DNA from: Candidatus Eiseniibacteriota bacterium
GTDB taxonomy: Bacteria; Eisenbacteria; RBG-16-71-46; SZUA-252
DNA: 64,000 nt
NCBI GenBank assembly: GCA_963703225.1
Contig: OY969801.1
Coordinates: 2,560,001-2,624,000 of the forward strand
Direction: 5' to 3'
Part shown: positions 10,751 to 19,693 of the stretch, in pieces
How positions within the stretch are numbered: position 1 is the first letter of the stretch
Layout: every line of letters starts with the position of its first letter
The notes under the pieces: model-generated
The model's input: only the letters and a program-made list of their open reading frames with translations
Told to the model about the DNA's origin: nothing
Database searches by the model: none
Made by a program: the position numbers and the translations under genes

Positions 10751-12140
10751 GCCGCTCTCCAGCCCAGGTCACCGCGGCGCTCCTCGAGAAGTTCGACCGG
10801 CCCGGCCCACGCTATACGTCCTATCCGACCGCGATCGAGTTCAGCGAGGCGTTCACCGCCGATCGCTACCTGGCCAAGCTGGACCAGGCGGCGCGGGCGG
10901 AGAAGGAGGCGCTTTCGATCTACATCCACCTCCCCTTCTGCGAGGCTCGGTGCACCTTCTGCGGGTGCAACGTCATCATCACCCAGAAGCCGGGAGTGGC
11001 CGACGCCTACCTCGACGACCTGTTGCGCGAGATCGATCTGGTGGCCGGAAGGCTCGGCAAGCGGACGCGGGTGGCGCAGTATCACTGGGGGGGCGGCACG
11101 CCGACCTACCTGAGCCTGGACCAGATGCGGCGGGTTTGGGGCGCGACGGCGGAGCGATTCACGTTCGAGCCGGACGCGGAGATCGCGATCGAGGTGGACC
11201 CGCGGGTCACGTCGCGGGCCCAGGTCGATCTCCTGCGCGAGCTGGGGTTCAACCGAATCTCGATGGGCGTCCAGGATTTCGACCCCGCGGTCCAGGAGGC
11301 GGTGAACCGCCGGCAGACGCTCGAGCAGACGCAGGGATCTCCACCTCTACCTGCGCGAGCTGGGCTTCCCGTCGATCAATTTCGATTTCATCTACGGCCT
11401 CCCGCTCCAGACGCCGGAGAGCTTTCGGAGGACGATCGAGGCGGCGCTCGAGCTTCGTCCGGACCGGGTCGCTTGCTACTCCTACGCCTTCGTGCCGTGG
11501 ATCAAGGCGCACCAGAAGGCGATCCAGCCGGAGGACCTGCCGCCCCGCGCGGTCAAGCTCGAGCTCTTCGGAATCGCGCACGAGCTCTTCACCGCGGGCG
11601 GCTACCAGCAGATCGGGATGGACCACTTCGCTCTCGCCGACGATTCGCTCGCGGTGGCCGCGCGGGAGCGAACCCTCTTCCGCAATTTCATGGGCTACAC
11701 GACCCACCCCGCGAACGACACGATCGGCTTCGGGGTCTCGGCGATCGGCGACCTGACGGGCGCGTTCGCGCAGAACACGAAGAAGCTGAACCGCTACAAG
11801 GACGCGCTCGATCGGGGGCTCCCGCCGATCGAGCGGGGCTTCGAGCGAAGCCGCGGACGATGAGGTCCGGCGCGACGTGATCCAGAGCCTGATGTGCAAT
11901 TTCCATCTCGACATCCCCGCGATCGAGCGGGCCCACGGCATCGACGTTCGCGTCCTATTTCGCGGATTCACTCCGGGCGCTCGACGAGGGACCGGGCGCC
12001 CACGGCTTCGTGACACGCACGCCCGGCTCGATCGAGGTCACCGAAGCGGCCGCCTCTTCGTGCGGAACATCTGCATGGAATTCGACGCGTACCTCAAGGG
12101 CCGGGAGGGCGAGAAGCCCATTTTCTCGCGCACCGTCTGA
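10747..12140 (+). CDS. hemN: Oxygen-independent coproporphyrinogen III oxidase (radical SAM); frameshifted in this sequence at ~11335, ~11850 and ~11950-12045
   Basis: GPRYTSYPTA, CEARCTFCGC and WGGGTPT. It continues in other frames as DFIYGLP, IGMDHFA, RNFMGY, LMCNF and the terminal FSRTV. Confidence 0.9.
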
Positions 12141-13096
12141 AGACCGGGATCCTCCTCCTCAATCTGGGCGGCCCCGACCGGCTCGAAGACGTCCGCCCGT
12201 TTCTGACCCGCCTCTTCAGCGATCGGGAGATCATCCGGCTCCCCGGCGGACCGATCGGACAGGCCGTGATCGGCCGCATGATCGCGCGCGCGCGCACCCG
12301 CGAGGTCCAGGAAAACTACCGGAAGATCGGCGGCGGCTCCCCCATCGTCCGCTGGACCACGCTCCAGGGAGCGGGCCTCGTCGATCGGCTCCGCGCGCGC
12401 GGCCACGACGTCGAGTTCGCGCTCGCGATGCGCTACTGGAATCCCACGACCGACGACGCGCTCGACGCGCTGGAAGCGAAGAAAGTCGATCGGCTCCTCG
12501 CGCTCACCCTCTACCCGCACTACTCGATCGCGACGACCGGGTCGAGCCTGGCCGAGCTCTCGCGGCGGATGAAGCGCCGCGGCACGCGGCTCCCCCTCGA
12601 CGTCATCGACCGGTGGTACGACCATCCCGGCTACATCCACGCGCTGGTCCTCCCGCGCGGGCCGCCCTCGAGGGGTTTCCCGCCGGGCATCACCCCGACG
12701 ATTCTCGTGAGCGCCCACGGGCTCCCGCAGCACTTCATCGACGCGGGCGATCCCTACTGCGATCACATCGAGGTGACCATGCGGGCGGTATTGGCGCAGC
12801 TCCCGCCGCTTCCCCACGCGCTCGCGTATCAGAGCCGCGTCGGGCCCGTGCCCTGGATCGGGCCGAGCACCGGGGAGATGATCGATCGTCTCGCGGACTC
12901 CGGCGTGAAGAGCGTCCTCGTGATTCCGATCAGCTTCGTCTCCGACCACGTCGAGACGCTCTACGAAGTGGACATGCTCTACGGCGACCAGGCCCGCGCC
13001 GCGGCATCCCCGACTTCCGCCGCATCGAGTCGCTCAACGACTCGCCCGCTCTTCCTCGACGCGCTGGCCGATCTGGTCGAGCCGCGGCTCCGCTGA
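12137..13096 (+). CDS. hemH: Ferrochelatase; apparent CTG start overlapping the hemN stop, with internal compensating frameshifts at ~12650 and ~13000-13050
   Basis: LLLNLGGP, IGGGSP, LYPHYS..TTGSS, SAHGLP, YQSRVGP and FVSDHVETLYE motifs. Confidence 0.9.
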   Translation: MKTGILLLNLGGPDRLEDVRPFLTRLFSDREIIRLPGGPIGQAVIGRMIARARTREVQENYRKIGGGSPIVRWTTLQGAGLVDRLRARGHDVEFALAMRYWNPTTDDALDALEAKKVDRLLALTLYPHYSIATTGSSLAELSRRMKRRGTRLPLDVIDRWYDHPGYIHALVLPRGPPSRGFPPGITPTILVSAHGLPQHFIDAGDPYCDHIEVTMRAVLAQLPPLPHALAYQSRVGPVPWIGPSTGEMIDRLADSGVKSVLVIPISFVSDHVETLYEVDMLYGDQARAAASPTSAASSRSTTRPLFLDALADLVEPRLR

Positions 13097-14449
13097 TGCG
13101 GGTTTTGATCCTCGGCGCCGGGATCGCGGGCCTCTCGGTCGCACACCTTCTCAAGCGGGAGTCGGCCCGGCGTGCCACGGCGCTGGAGCTCGGATCTCTA
13201 CGAAGCGGGGGCGCGCGCCGGCGGACGGATCCGGACCGTGGAGGACTCGGGATACCTCGTGGAGTGGGCGGCCAACGCCGTCCTGGGGTCGGACGGTGCC
13301 GCATCGCGGCTTGCCGACGACCTTGGCCTCGCCGCGGAGCGCGTCGTGGCCGCCCCGGACGCCGCGCGGCGCTACGTCATGACGGGAGGGAGGCTCCACC
13401 TCTTGCCCGCTTCTCCTTCGACGTTCTTTTCCTCCCAGGCGCTCTCGCTCGGGGCCAAGCTCCGGATCTTGGCCGAGCCGCTCGTGGCGAGGCGCGGCAA
13501 GGGAGACGAAAGCGTCCTCCACTTCGCGGCGCGCCACATCGGACGGGAAGCAGCCCAAAAGCTCGTGGGCGCGGCGGTGCGAGGGATTTTCGCGGGGGAC
13601 GCGTCCAAGCTGTCGGTGGACGCGGCATTCCCCGCCATGCGCGAGATGGAGCGAAAGCACCGGTCCCTCATCTTGGCGATGGTGGGGAGTGGAAAAGCGC
13701 CGGGCGGCCAAGCGCTCTGGAGTCTTCGGGGCGGAATGGGCCGGCTGGTCCGGGCGCTCACCGATTCCGCCGGCCGATCGCTCCGCTTGAACGCCCCGGC
13801 CCTCTCCATCGAGCGCGCGGGCGAGGGATCGCGACCGACTTGGCGCGTCCGCCTGGCGAGCGGCCATCTGGCCGAGGCCGAGTCGGTGGTGATCGCCGCG
13901 CCCCCGAAGGCGGCCGCGGCGCTCCTCCGCGGTCTCGATCCCGAGATCGCGCGGCGCATCGGCGGCATTCACGCGGTGGGCGTGGCGGTCGTCACGCTGG
14001 CGTTTCGGCCCCAGGCGTTTCGGACCGCGCCGGACGGCTACGGATTCCTGGTCGCTCCCGGCGAACCGATGGAGATCCTGGGCGCCCTCTACGAATCGAA
14101 TCTGTTCCCCGGAAGGGCCCCCGAGGGGCGGCTCCTCATGCGCGTCATGATCGGAGGCTTGGAGCGGCCCGATCTCCTCACGCGGAGCGATGCCGATCTG
14201 GTGGGGCTCGCGATGAAGAGCCTCGACCGAACGTTGGGCCTCGTGAGCGGCCCGGAGCGAACCTGGGTGATTCGACAGGAGGAGGCGATTCCTCAGTACG
14301 AAGTCGGGCATCGCGCCTTGATCAGCGCGATCGCGAGCGGTCTCGACGCGCTGCCCGGCCTCCATCTCGCGGGAAACGGGTACCGCGGCGTCTCCGTGGG
14401 CGCGCTCGTGGAGGATGCCGAGCGCGTGGCGGCCCGGGTGCTCGCCTAG
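13096..14449 (+). CDS. hemY: HemY-type FAD protoporphyrinogen/coproporphyrinogen oxidase; one frameshift at ~13191
   Basis: MRVLILGAGIAGL in one frame, then GGRIRT, GIFAGD..KLS, GYGFLV, AIPQYEVGH and GNGYRGV in another. Confidence 0.9.
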
Positions 14450-14451
14450 CG

Positions 14452-15258
14452 TTACGCGGCGAGGACGACCAGCGCCTTCATCCGGGCGCGGAGCGGGTCG
14501 CCCTTCAGCCGTTCCCGGAGCGCTTCGGCGACCGCCGCCACGACGGTATCCACCTCGACCCCGCCCCGCTCCTGAATGGCGGTGAGAACCGGCGTACCCC
14601 GCACCAACCCGATGGCCGCGTCCATGGTCGACCGGATCTCGACCTCGAACGACACGGGCTCGATGAAGACGTCGGTGAACCCGGCCTCCCGAAGGAGCAA
14701 CCGAATCTGCTCCTGATCGTAAAATCCAAACGGCACCGTGTAAAACTGCGGCGGATCCTGCGCGAAGAATCCGGCGATCGTCTCATGCGCGATCTGCCCG
14801 AGAGGGTTTTCCTCGAGGCGATCCCAGACGTTGAAGGCAAAGGTGCCGCCCGGCCGGAGCACCCGCCGCGCCTCGCGCATCGCGGCGGCCTTTTCGGGCA
14901 CGAACATGACGCCGAACTGGCAGACGACGGCATCGAAGGAGTTTTCGGGAAACGGGAGCGCGGCCGCGTCGGCCTGCCGCCATTCGACTCCGGAGACTCC
15001 ACCAGGCTTGCTCCGGGCATACGCGACCATCGGCTCGCTCAGATCGGTCGCGACGAGGCGCACCGTGGCCGGGAGCTTCTCGCGGAGCGCCCGGGTCGCG
15101 ATCCCGCTCCCGCAGGCGATCTCCAGCACGTCCTTGAGACCCTTTGGCGTAAGCCGGCCGGCCAGATCGCTGGCGTACCGCTCAAACTTGATGGGCCCCA
15201 GATATCGATCGTAGATTTCGGGGATCGAGCCCGCGAAGGTCGCGTTGGCGTCCTGCAT
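14452..15258 (-). CDS. Class I SAM-dependent methyltransferase (UbiE-like)
   Basis: [35 protein letters not shown] and RVLRPGG motifs; GGAGG ribosome-binding site. Confidence 0.85.
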   Translation of the reverse strand: MQDANATFAGSIPEIYDRYLGPIKFERYASDLAGRLTPKGLKDVLEIACGSGIATRALREKLPATVRLVATDLSEPMVAYARSKPGGVSGVEWRQADAAALPFPENSFDAVVCQFGVMFVPEKAAAMREARRVLRPGGTFAFNVWDRLEENPLGQIAHETIAGFFAQDPPQFYTVPFGFYDQEQIRLLLREAGFTDVFIEPVSFEVEIRSTMDAAIGLVRGTPVLTAIQERGGVEVDTVVAAVAEALRERLKGDPLRARMKALVVLAA

Positions 15259-15269
15259 CGAACTCCTCC

Positions 15270-15633
15270 TTAGCTCCCCTCGTACTCGCACCTCGCCTCG
15301 CACGTTTCGTGAACCACGAGACGGACGAGAGAGGGGAGACGGGGCTTGAGGCGCTTCCAGATCCAGGCGGATAGATTCTCCGAGGTTGGGTTCTCCAGCC
15401 CTGCGATCTCGTTCAGATAATAGTGGTCCAGCTCCAGGCGGAGCGGCTCGACAAGCTCTCTCGATCTCGCCGTAGTCGAGAAGCCAACCGGTGGACGGAT
15501 CCACCTCCCCCTGGACGACGACCTCGACGCGGAACGAGTGGCCGTGGAGCCGGCGACACTTGTGCCCCTCCGGAGCGCGGGGGAGGAGGTGCGCCGCCTC
15601 GAACGTGAAGTCGCGCGTCAGACGGACTCGCAT
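15270..15633 (-). CDS. queD: 6-carboxy-5,6,7,8-tetrahydropterin synthase; one frameshift at ~15453
   Basis: [15 protein letters not shown]. After removing one base it reads [19 protein letters not shown]...HETC...YEGS*. Confidence 0.9.
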
Positions 15634-15663
15634 CGATCCCGCCCCGGCGTCGTCATCTCGGGT

Positions 15664-16350
15664 CTAGTGCAGCCCCACGATCTTGTGGGTCTGCGGGATG
15701 AGGCGGGCCTCCGGGTACCGGTCCCAGGGCCACCACTCGAAGAGCGCCTTGCCATCGCCTCGCGCGTGCTCCGGCTGAAGCACGACGGCGCCGCGGTATC
15801 CGAGCGAGTCCAGGATCCCGACGGCGTCCTCGACGTCGTCCCGACCCTGGATCACGAACTTGAATTGCCGGCGCTCGGCAGGCACATCGAGAAAACGCCG
15901 AAGCGAGGGGGCTTGCGCGGCGATCACGTCCCCCTCGAACGTCTCGGCGCTCCGGCCTTTGGGCGCGACGGTCCAGAAGTCGATCCATTCGAAAAGCTCC
16001 TCCACCACGCGCGCGCCGCTCGTCTCGATCGAAATCCAGCAGCCCGCCTCCCGAAGCTCGCGCAAGAGCCAGACGAGCGAGGCGCGCGGCGCGATCACCG
16101 GCTCCCCTCCCGTCAGGCAGACCCGTTTCGCCGGCCGGTGGCGGAGGACCTCGTCTCGCACCGCCTGGGGGGTCATCTCTTGAAATCGGCCGACCCCCGT
16201 GTGGGTGAGCGCCTCGGGTTGGTCGCACCAGACGCACCGGAGCGGACAGCCGTAAAACCGGACGAAGACGGTCCGCTCCCCCACGTGGAGCCCCTCGCCC
16301 TGCACCGACAGGAAGATCTCGTTCACCCGAAATGGTGTCATCGCTTCCAT
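15664..16350 (-). CDS. queE: 7-carboxy-7-deazaguanine synthase (radical SAM)
   Basis: NEIFLSVQGEG, FVRFYGCPLRCVWCD, LTGGEP, IETSG and PQTHK motifs; adjacent to queD. Confidence 0.9.
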   Translation of the reverse strand: MEAMTPFRVNEIFLSVQGEGLHVGERTVFVRFYGCPLRCVWCDQPEALTHTGVGRFQEMTPQAVRDEVLRHRPAKRVCLTGGEPVIAPRASLVWLLRELREAGCWISIETSGARVVEELFEWIDFWTVAPKGRSAETFEGDVIAAQAPSLRRFLDVPAERRQFKFVIQGRDDVEDAVGILDSLGYRGAVVLQPEHARGDGKALFEWWPWDRYPEARLIPQTHKIVGLH

Positions 16351-16367
16351 GACACGATGATAGCCCG

Positions 16368-16396
16368 TTGACCTCCCCGGAGGGCATGCGTATGAT
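16368..16396 (+). promoter_or_regulatory. Sigma70-type promoter for the hydroxylase-mlaEFD unit
   Basis: TTGACC-17 nt-TATGAT, about 70 nt upstream of the ATG at 16466. Confidence 0.65.
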
Positions 16397-16465
16397 TTCC
16401 GGCCGGACCCGGCCGTCTGAGGAGCTCCGGCGCCGGGAACCCACATGGATGGAGGTTTTCCAGGA

Positions 16466-17128
16466 ATGGCGAAGGCGAATTACGGCAATCTTCCGATCAA
16501 CCACAGCGACGAGCCGATCCGGCTCTTCAAGTCGGACGCTCTCGAGTTCTTCACGCACATCCACCCAGGCTGTCGTGCTCGCTCCTCTACGTCCCGGTGG
16601 TCGTCGTTTGCCTTTGGAGCGGAATCGCGGGGCGGATCCCCGGCGCGTCGTGGACGCCGGTGTGGGGCGGCTTCCTGGCCGGGCTCCTTCGTCTGGACGC
16701 TGTCCGAGTACCTCCTCCACCGCTTCCTGTTCCACTTCGAGCCGACGTCTCCGCGGCTCAAATGGGTTTGGTACCTGATCCACGGCGTCCACCACGAGCA
16801 GCCGCAGTGCAAGACCCGCCTGGTGATGCCGCCGGTCCTGAGCATTCCGATGGCGCTCGCGTTCTATCTCTTCTTCCACGTCGTGGTCGGGTCCCTGATC
16901 GGCGCTCCTCGCTGGACCGCGCCCCTCTTCGCCGGCTTCGTCACCGGATACATCGCCTACGACATGACCCATTACGCGACTCACCATCTGCCCATGAGCC
17001 GGGGATTTCTCAAATTTCTCAAGCGCTACCACCTGCTCCACCACTACAAGACCCCCGACGACCGGTTCGGAATCAGCTCGCCACTCTGGGATCTCGTCTT
17101 CGGCACCAGACCGCCGAAGGGACAATGA
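16466..17128 (+). CDS. Fatty-acid hydroxylase/sterol desaturase family, FA2H (sphingolipid alpha-hydroxylase)-like; compensating frameshifts at ~16570 and ~16685
   Basis: IRLFKSDALEFFT, EYLLHRFLFH, HGVHH, RLVMPP, YDMTHYATHH, HLLHH and FGISSPLWD: four His boxes in the FA2H/Scs7 pattern. Confidence 0.85.
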   Translation: MAKANYGNLPINHSDEPIRLFKSDALEFFTHIHPGCRARSSTSRWSSFAFGAESRGGSPARRGRRCGAASWPGSFVWTLSEYLLHRFLFHFEPTSPRLKWVWYLIHGVHHEQPQCKTRLVMPPVLSIPMALAFYLFFHVVVGSLIGAPRWTAPLFAGFVTGYIAYDMTHYATHHLPMSRGFLKFLKRYHLLHHYKTPDDRFGISSPLWDLVFGTRPPKGQ

Positions 17129-17155
17129 ACGGTCCGCGGCCCCGCTAGCCGCTCC

Positions 17156-17937
17156 ATGGACCTGATCCACGCGCTCGTCGAGCGATTCCGGAGGATGGTC
17201 CAGACCGTCCAGGAATTCACGCTCTTCGCGGTCGATGTGGTTCGCGCGGCGTTCACGCCGCCTCTCTACGGCCGCGAGACCGTCCACCAGCTCTACTTCG
17301 CGGGGATCGGCTCGCTCTTGATCGTCGTTGTCTCGGCTCAGCCGTGGCGGGGCAGGCGCTCGCGCTCCAGCTGGCTCGAGAGCTGGCCACCTCGGGCGCC
17401 AAGAGCCAGCTCGGGCACTTCATGGTGGTCTCGGTGGTCCGGGCGCTGGGTCCCGTGCTGGTGGGCATGGTCGTCGCGTCGCGAATGTCGGCCGGGATCA
17501 CGGCCGAGATCGGCGCCATGCGCTCCAGCGACCAGATCGACGCGCTGGTCGCCTTCGGCTCCGATCCGATCAAACGGCTGGTCGTGCCCCGCCTGATCGC
17601 GCTCGTCGTGGCGCTCCCCGCCCTGGTCATCCTGGGAGACACGCTCGCGGTGCTCGGGGGCGGCATCGTTGGAATGCAGTACCATGTCACGTGGGACACG
17701 TACGTGAACGGGGTCCTCAAGTATCTGACCCCGAAGAATCTCCTGGTGGGCATGATCAAGCCGTTCCTCTTCGCGATCATGATCGTGATCGTGGCCTGCT
17801 GGAAAGGGTTCACCTCGGCGGGGGGCGCCAAGGGGGTCGGCGTCTCGACCACCGAGTCGGTCGTCATCTCGTCGGTGGGAATCCTGGTCACGGACGGGAT
17901 TTGCACCCGATTGATCTTCAGACTTCTCCATTGGTGA
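17156..17937 (+). CDS. mlaE: MlaE-family lipid ABC transporter permease; frameshift at ~17338
   Basis: VRALGPV, AGITAEIGAMR...QIDAL, LVVPRL and GGAKGVG.STT.SVV motifs. Confidence 0.88.
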
Positions 17938-17941
17938 GCAC

Positions 17942-18754
17942 ATGATCGAGTTCCGCGGCGTCGACTATTCGATCGAAGGGCGACCGATTCTCTCCGCGAT
18001 TTCGTTTACCGTCTCGCGGGGCGAGACTCGGGTGCTCCTCGGGCCTTCCGGATCGGGCAAGAGCACGATCCTGCGCCTCCTTCTGGGCCTGGTTCAGCCG
18101 GACCGGGGGAGCATCTGGGTCGACGGCGAGGATTTGACGCGGGTTGACGAAGAGCGCCGTCGCAGGGTGCGCCAGCGGATGGGAATGGTATTTCAACAGG
18201 GGGCCCTGTTCGACTCGATGACGGTCGGCGAGAATATCGGATTCTCGCTCCTGGAACATGACGACTCCGATGAGAGGACCGAGGGGACGGTGCGCCACTA
18301 TTTGAAGTTGGTCGGCCTCGACGAGAATCTGATCGACCGCATGCCGGACGAGCTGTCGGGAGGGATGCAGCGGCGCGTCGCGATCGCCCGGGCGCTCGCG
18401 GCACGAGATCCGCAAATTCTGTTGTACGATGAGCCGACGACGGGGCTTGACCCCCAGAGCGCGGAGCGAATCACCGACCTCATCATCCAGCTGCGCAACA
18501 CGCTGGGAAAGACGTCGATCATGGTGACCCACGACATCGCGGACGCGTTCAAGGTGGGAAACCGAATCACGATGCTCGATGAGGGGCGCATCGTCTTCGA
18601 CGGTCCCCTGGCCGATCTCGAGCGCGCCGATTCCCCGTTCATCGCCCACTTCCTCGCGCCATTTCGCAAGGCCGTGGCCGCCGCGGCCGCGCGCCTCCCG
18701 GCGGGGGCGGTCCGCCCCTTCCCCGCTCCACCATCGCCCGGAGGAACGTCGTGA
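17942..18754 (+). CDS. mlaF: MlaF-family ABC ATPase
   Basis: GPSGSGKS, FQQGALFDSMTV.ENI, LSGGMQRRVAIARA, YDEPTTGLDP and VTHD motifs. Confidence 0.9.
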   Translation: MIEFRGVDYSIEGRPILSAISFTVSRGETRVLLGPSGSGKSTILRLLLGLVQPDRGSIWVDGEDLTRVDEERRRRVRQRMGMVFQQGALFDSMTVGENIGFSLLEHDDSDERTEGTVRHYLKLVGLDENLIDRMPDELSGGMQRRVAIARALAARDPQILLYDEPTTGLDPQSAERITDLIIQLRNTLGKTSIMVTHDIADAFKVGNRITMLDEGRIVFDGPLADLERADSPFIAHFLAPFRKAVAAAAARLPAGAVRPFPAPPSPGGTS

Positions 18755-19683
18755 AGCGAACCGGCCAAATCCCCTTCATGGGGCTCAAGATCGGGATCTT
18801 CGTGGTCATCGCCATGGCCCTCATACTCTGGGCCACGTTCCAGTCCGGAAGCTTCCGGCTGGGACGCGAGGAGACGATCGTCGTCCAGTTCCCGAGCGTC
18901 GGTGGGCTGGAGGAAGGGGCCGTGGTCCGCTTGAACGGAGTGCCGGTGGGGGTCGTCCGGGACATCTCGCTCGTGCCCAAGGGAAGGGGAAATGTGGTCG
19001 CGGTGACGCTGGGCGTCAAGGGGGACACCAGGTCGCGTCTCCACGAGGGGGCCGCCGCGCGGATCACGACGGTGGGCTTTCTGGCCGAACTCTACGTCGA
19101 GCTCTATGGCGGCGACGAGACGGCCCCTCTCATCACGAGCGACTCGCAGATCACGCCCGGATTGCTCGCCGATCCGGCCGTCATGATGAACAAGGTCAAG
19201 TCGATGGCCGATACGCTCGATCTCCTGCTCGGAAATCTGAACACGGCGGGGCGCGCGCTGGCCCAGGGGAAGGGCACGCTGGGACGGCTCTCGCAGGATG
19301 ACCGGCTCTACGAGCAGATGGTCTCGCTCACGCGAGAGGCCACATCTCTAACCGAGCGCATGAACCAGAATCAGGAGCGCATCTCCGGGCGATTGCTGTC
19401 GCTGACGACCACGCTCGACTCGCTCACCTTCCAGATGCAGCACGGCAACGGGACCGTGGCCCGGCTCATGTCGTCCGATGAACTCCATCGGAATCTCGCC
19501 TCGAGCACGGCGCGCCTCGACTCGATCCTCGCCCTCGTGGAGTCGGGAAAGGGGACGTTTGGCCGGATGATGGCCGACACCACGCTGTACGAGGACACGA
19601 AGGCGCTGATGGCGTCGATGAAGCGGCTGATGGCGGAGATCGAGAAGAACCCGAAGAAGTATTTCAAGTTCAGCGTCTTCTAG
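18751..19683 (+). CDS. mlaD: MlaD/MCE-domain protein with long helical extension
   Basis: N-terminal TM, GGLEEGAVVRLNGVPVG.V, repeated GKGTLGRL-type helical motifs and C-terminal NPKKYFKFSVF. Confidence 0.88.
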   Translation: MKRTGQIPFMGLKIGIFVVIAMALILWATFQSGSFRLGREETIVVQFPSVGGLEEGAVVRLNGVPVGVVRDISLVPKGRGNVVAVTLGVKGDTRSRLHEGAAARITTVGFLAELYVELYGGDETAPLITSDSQITPGLLADPAVMMNKVKSMADTLDLLLGNLNTAGRALAQGKGTLGRLSQDDRLYEQMVSLTREATSLTERMNQNQERISGRLLSLTTTLDSLTFQMQHGNGTVARLMSSDELHRNLASSTARLDSILALVESGKGTFGRMMADTTLYEDTKALMASMKRLMAEIEKNPKKYFKFSVF

Positions 19684-19693
19684 AGCCCGCGCG

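Noticed and set aside
12010..15273. Very long alternative ORFs (for example 1087 aa here, 736 aa at 23367-25577, 683 aa at 44754-46805)
   Set aside because: These are Arg/Pro/Gly-rich shadow frames of real genes, expected at high GC. The 1087-aa ORF only borrows short true segments because of frameshifts.
14452..15633. Apparent QueD-methyltransferase fusion (393-aa ORF)
   Set aside because: Removing one base at ~15453 restores a complete QueD ending at TAA 15270, and the methyltransferase has its own GGAGG ribosome-binding site.
15270..16350. queE-queD as a 7-deazaguanine DNA-modification (dpd) system or with a preQ1 riboswitch
   Set aside because: There are no dpdA/tgt-like, queC or folE genes nearby. 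The -10 sits directly before the ATG, leaving no leader for a riboswitch. Ordinary queuosine synthesis is the simpler reading.
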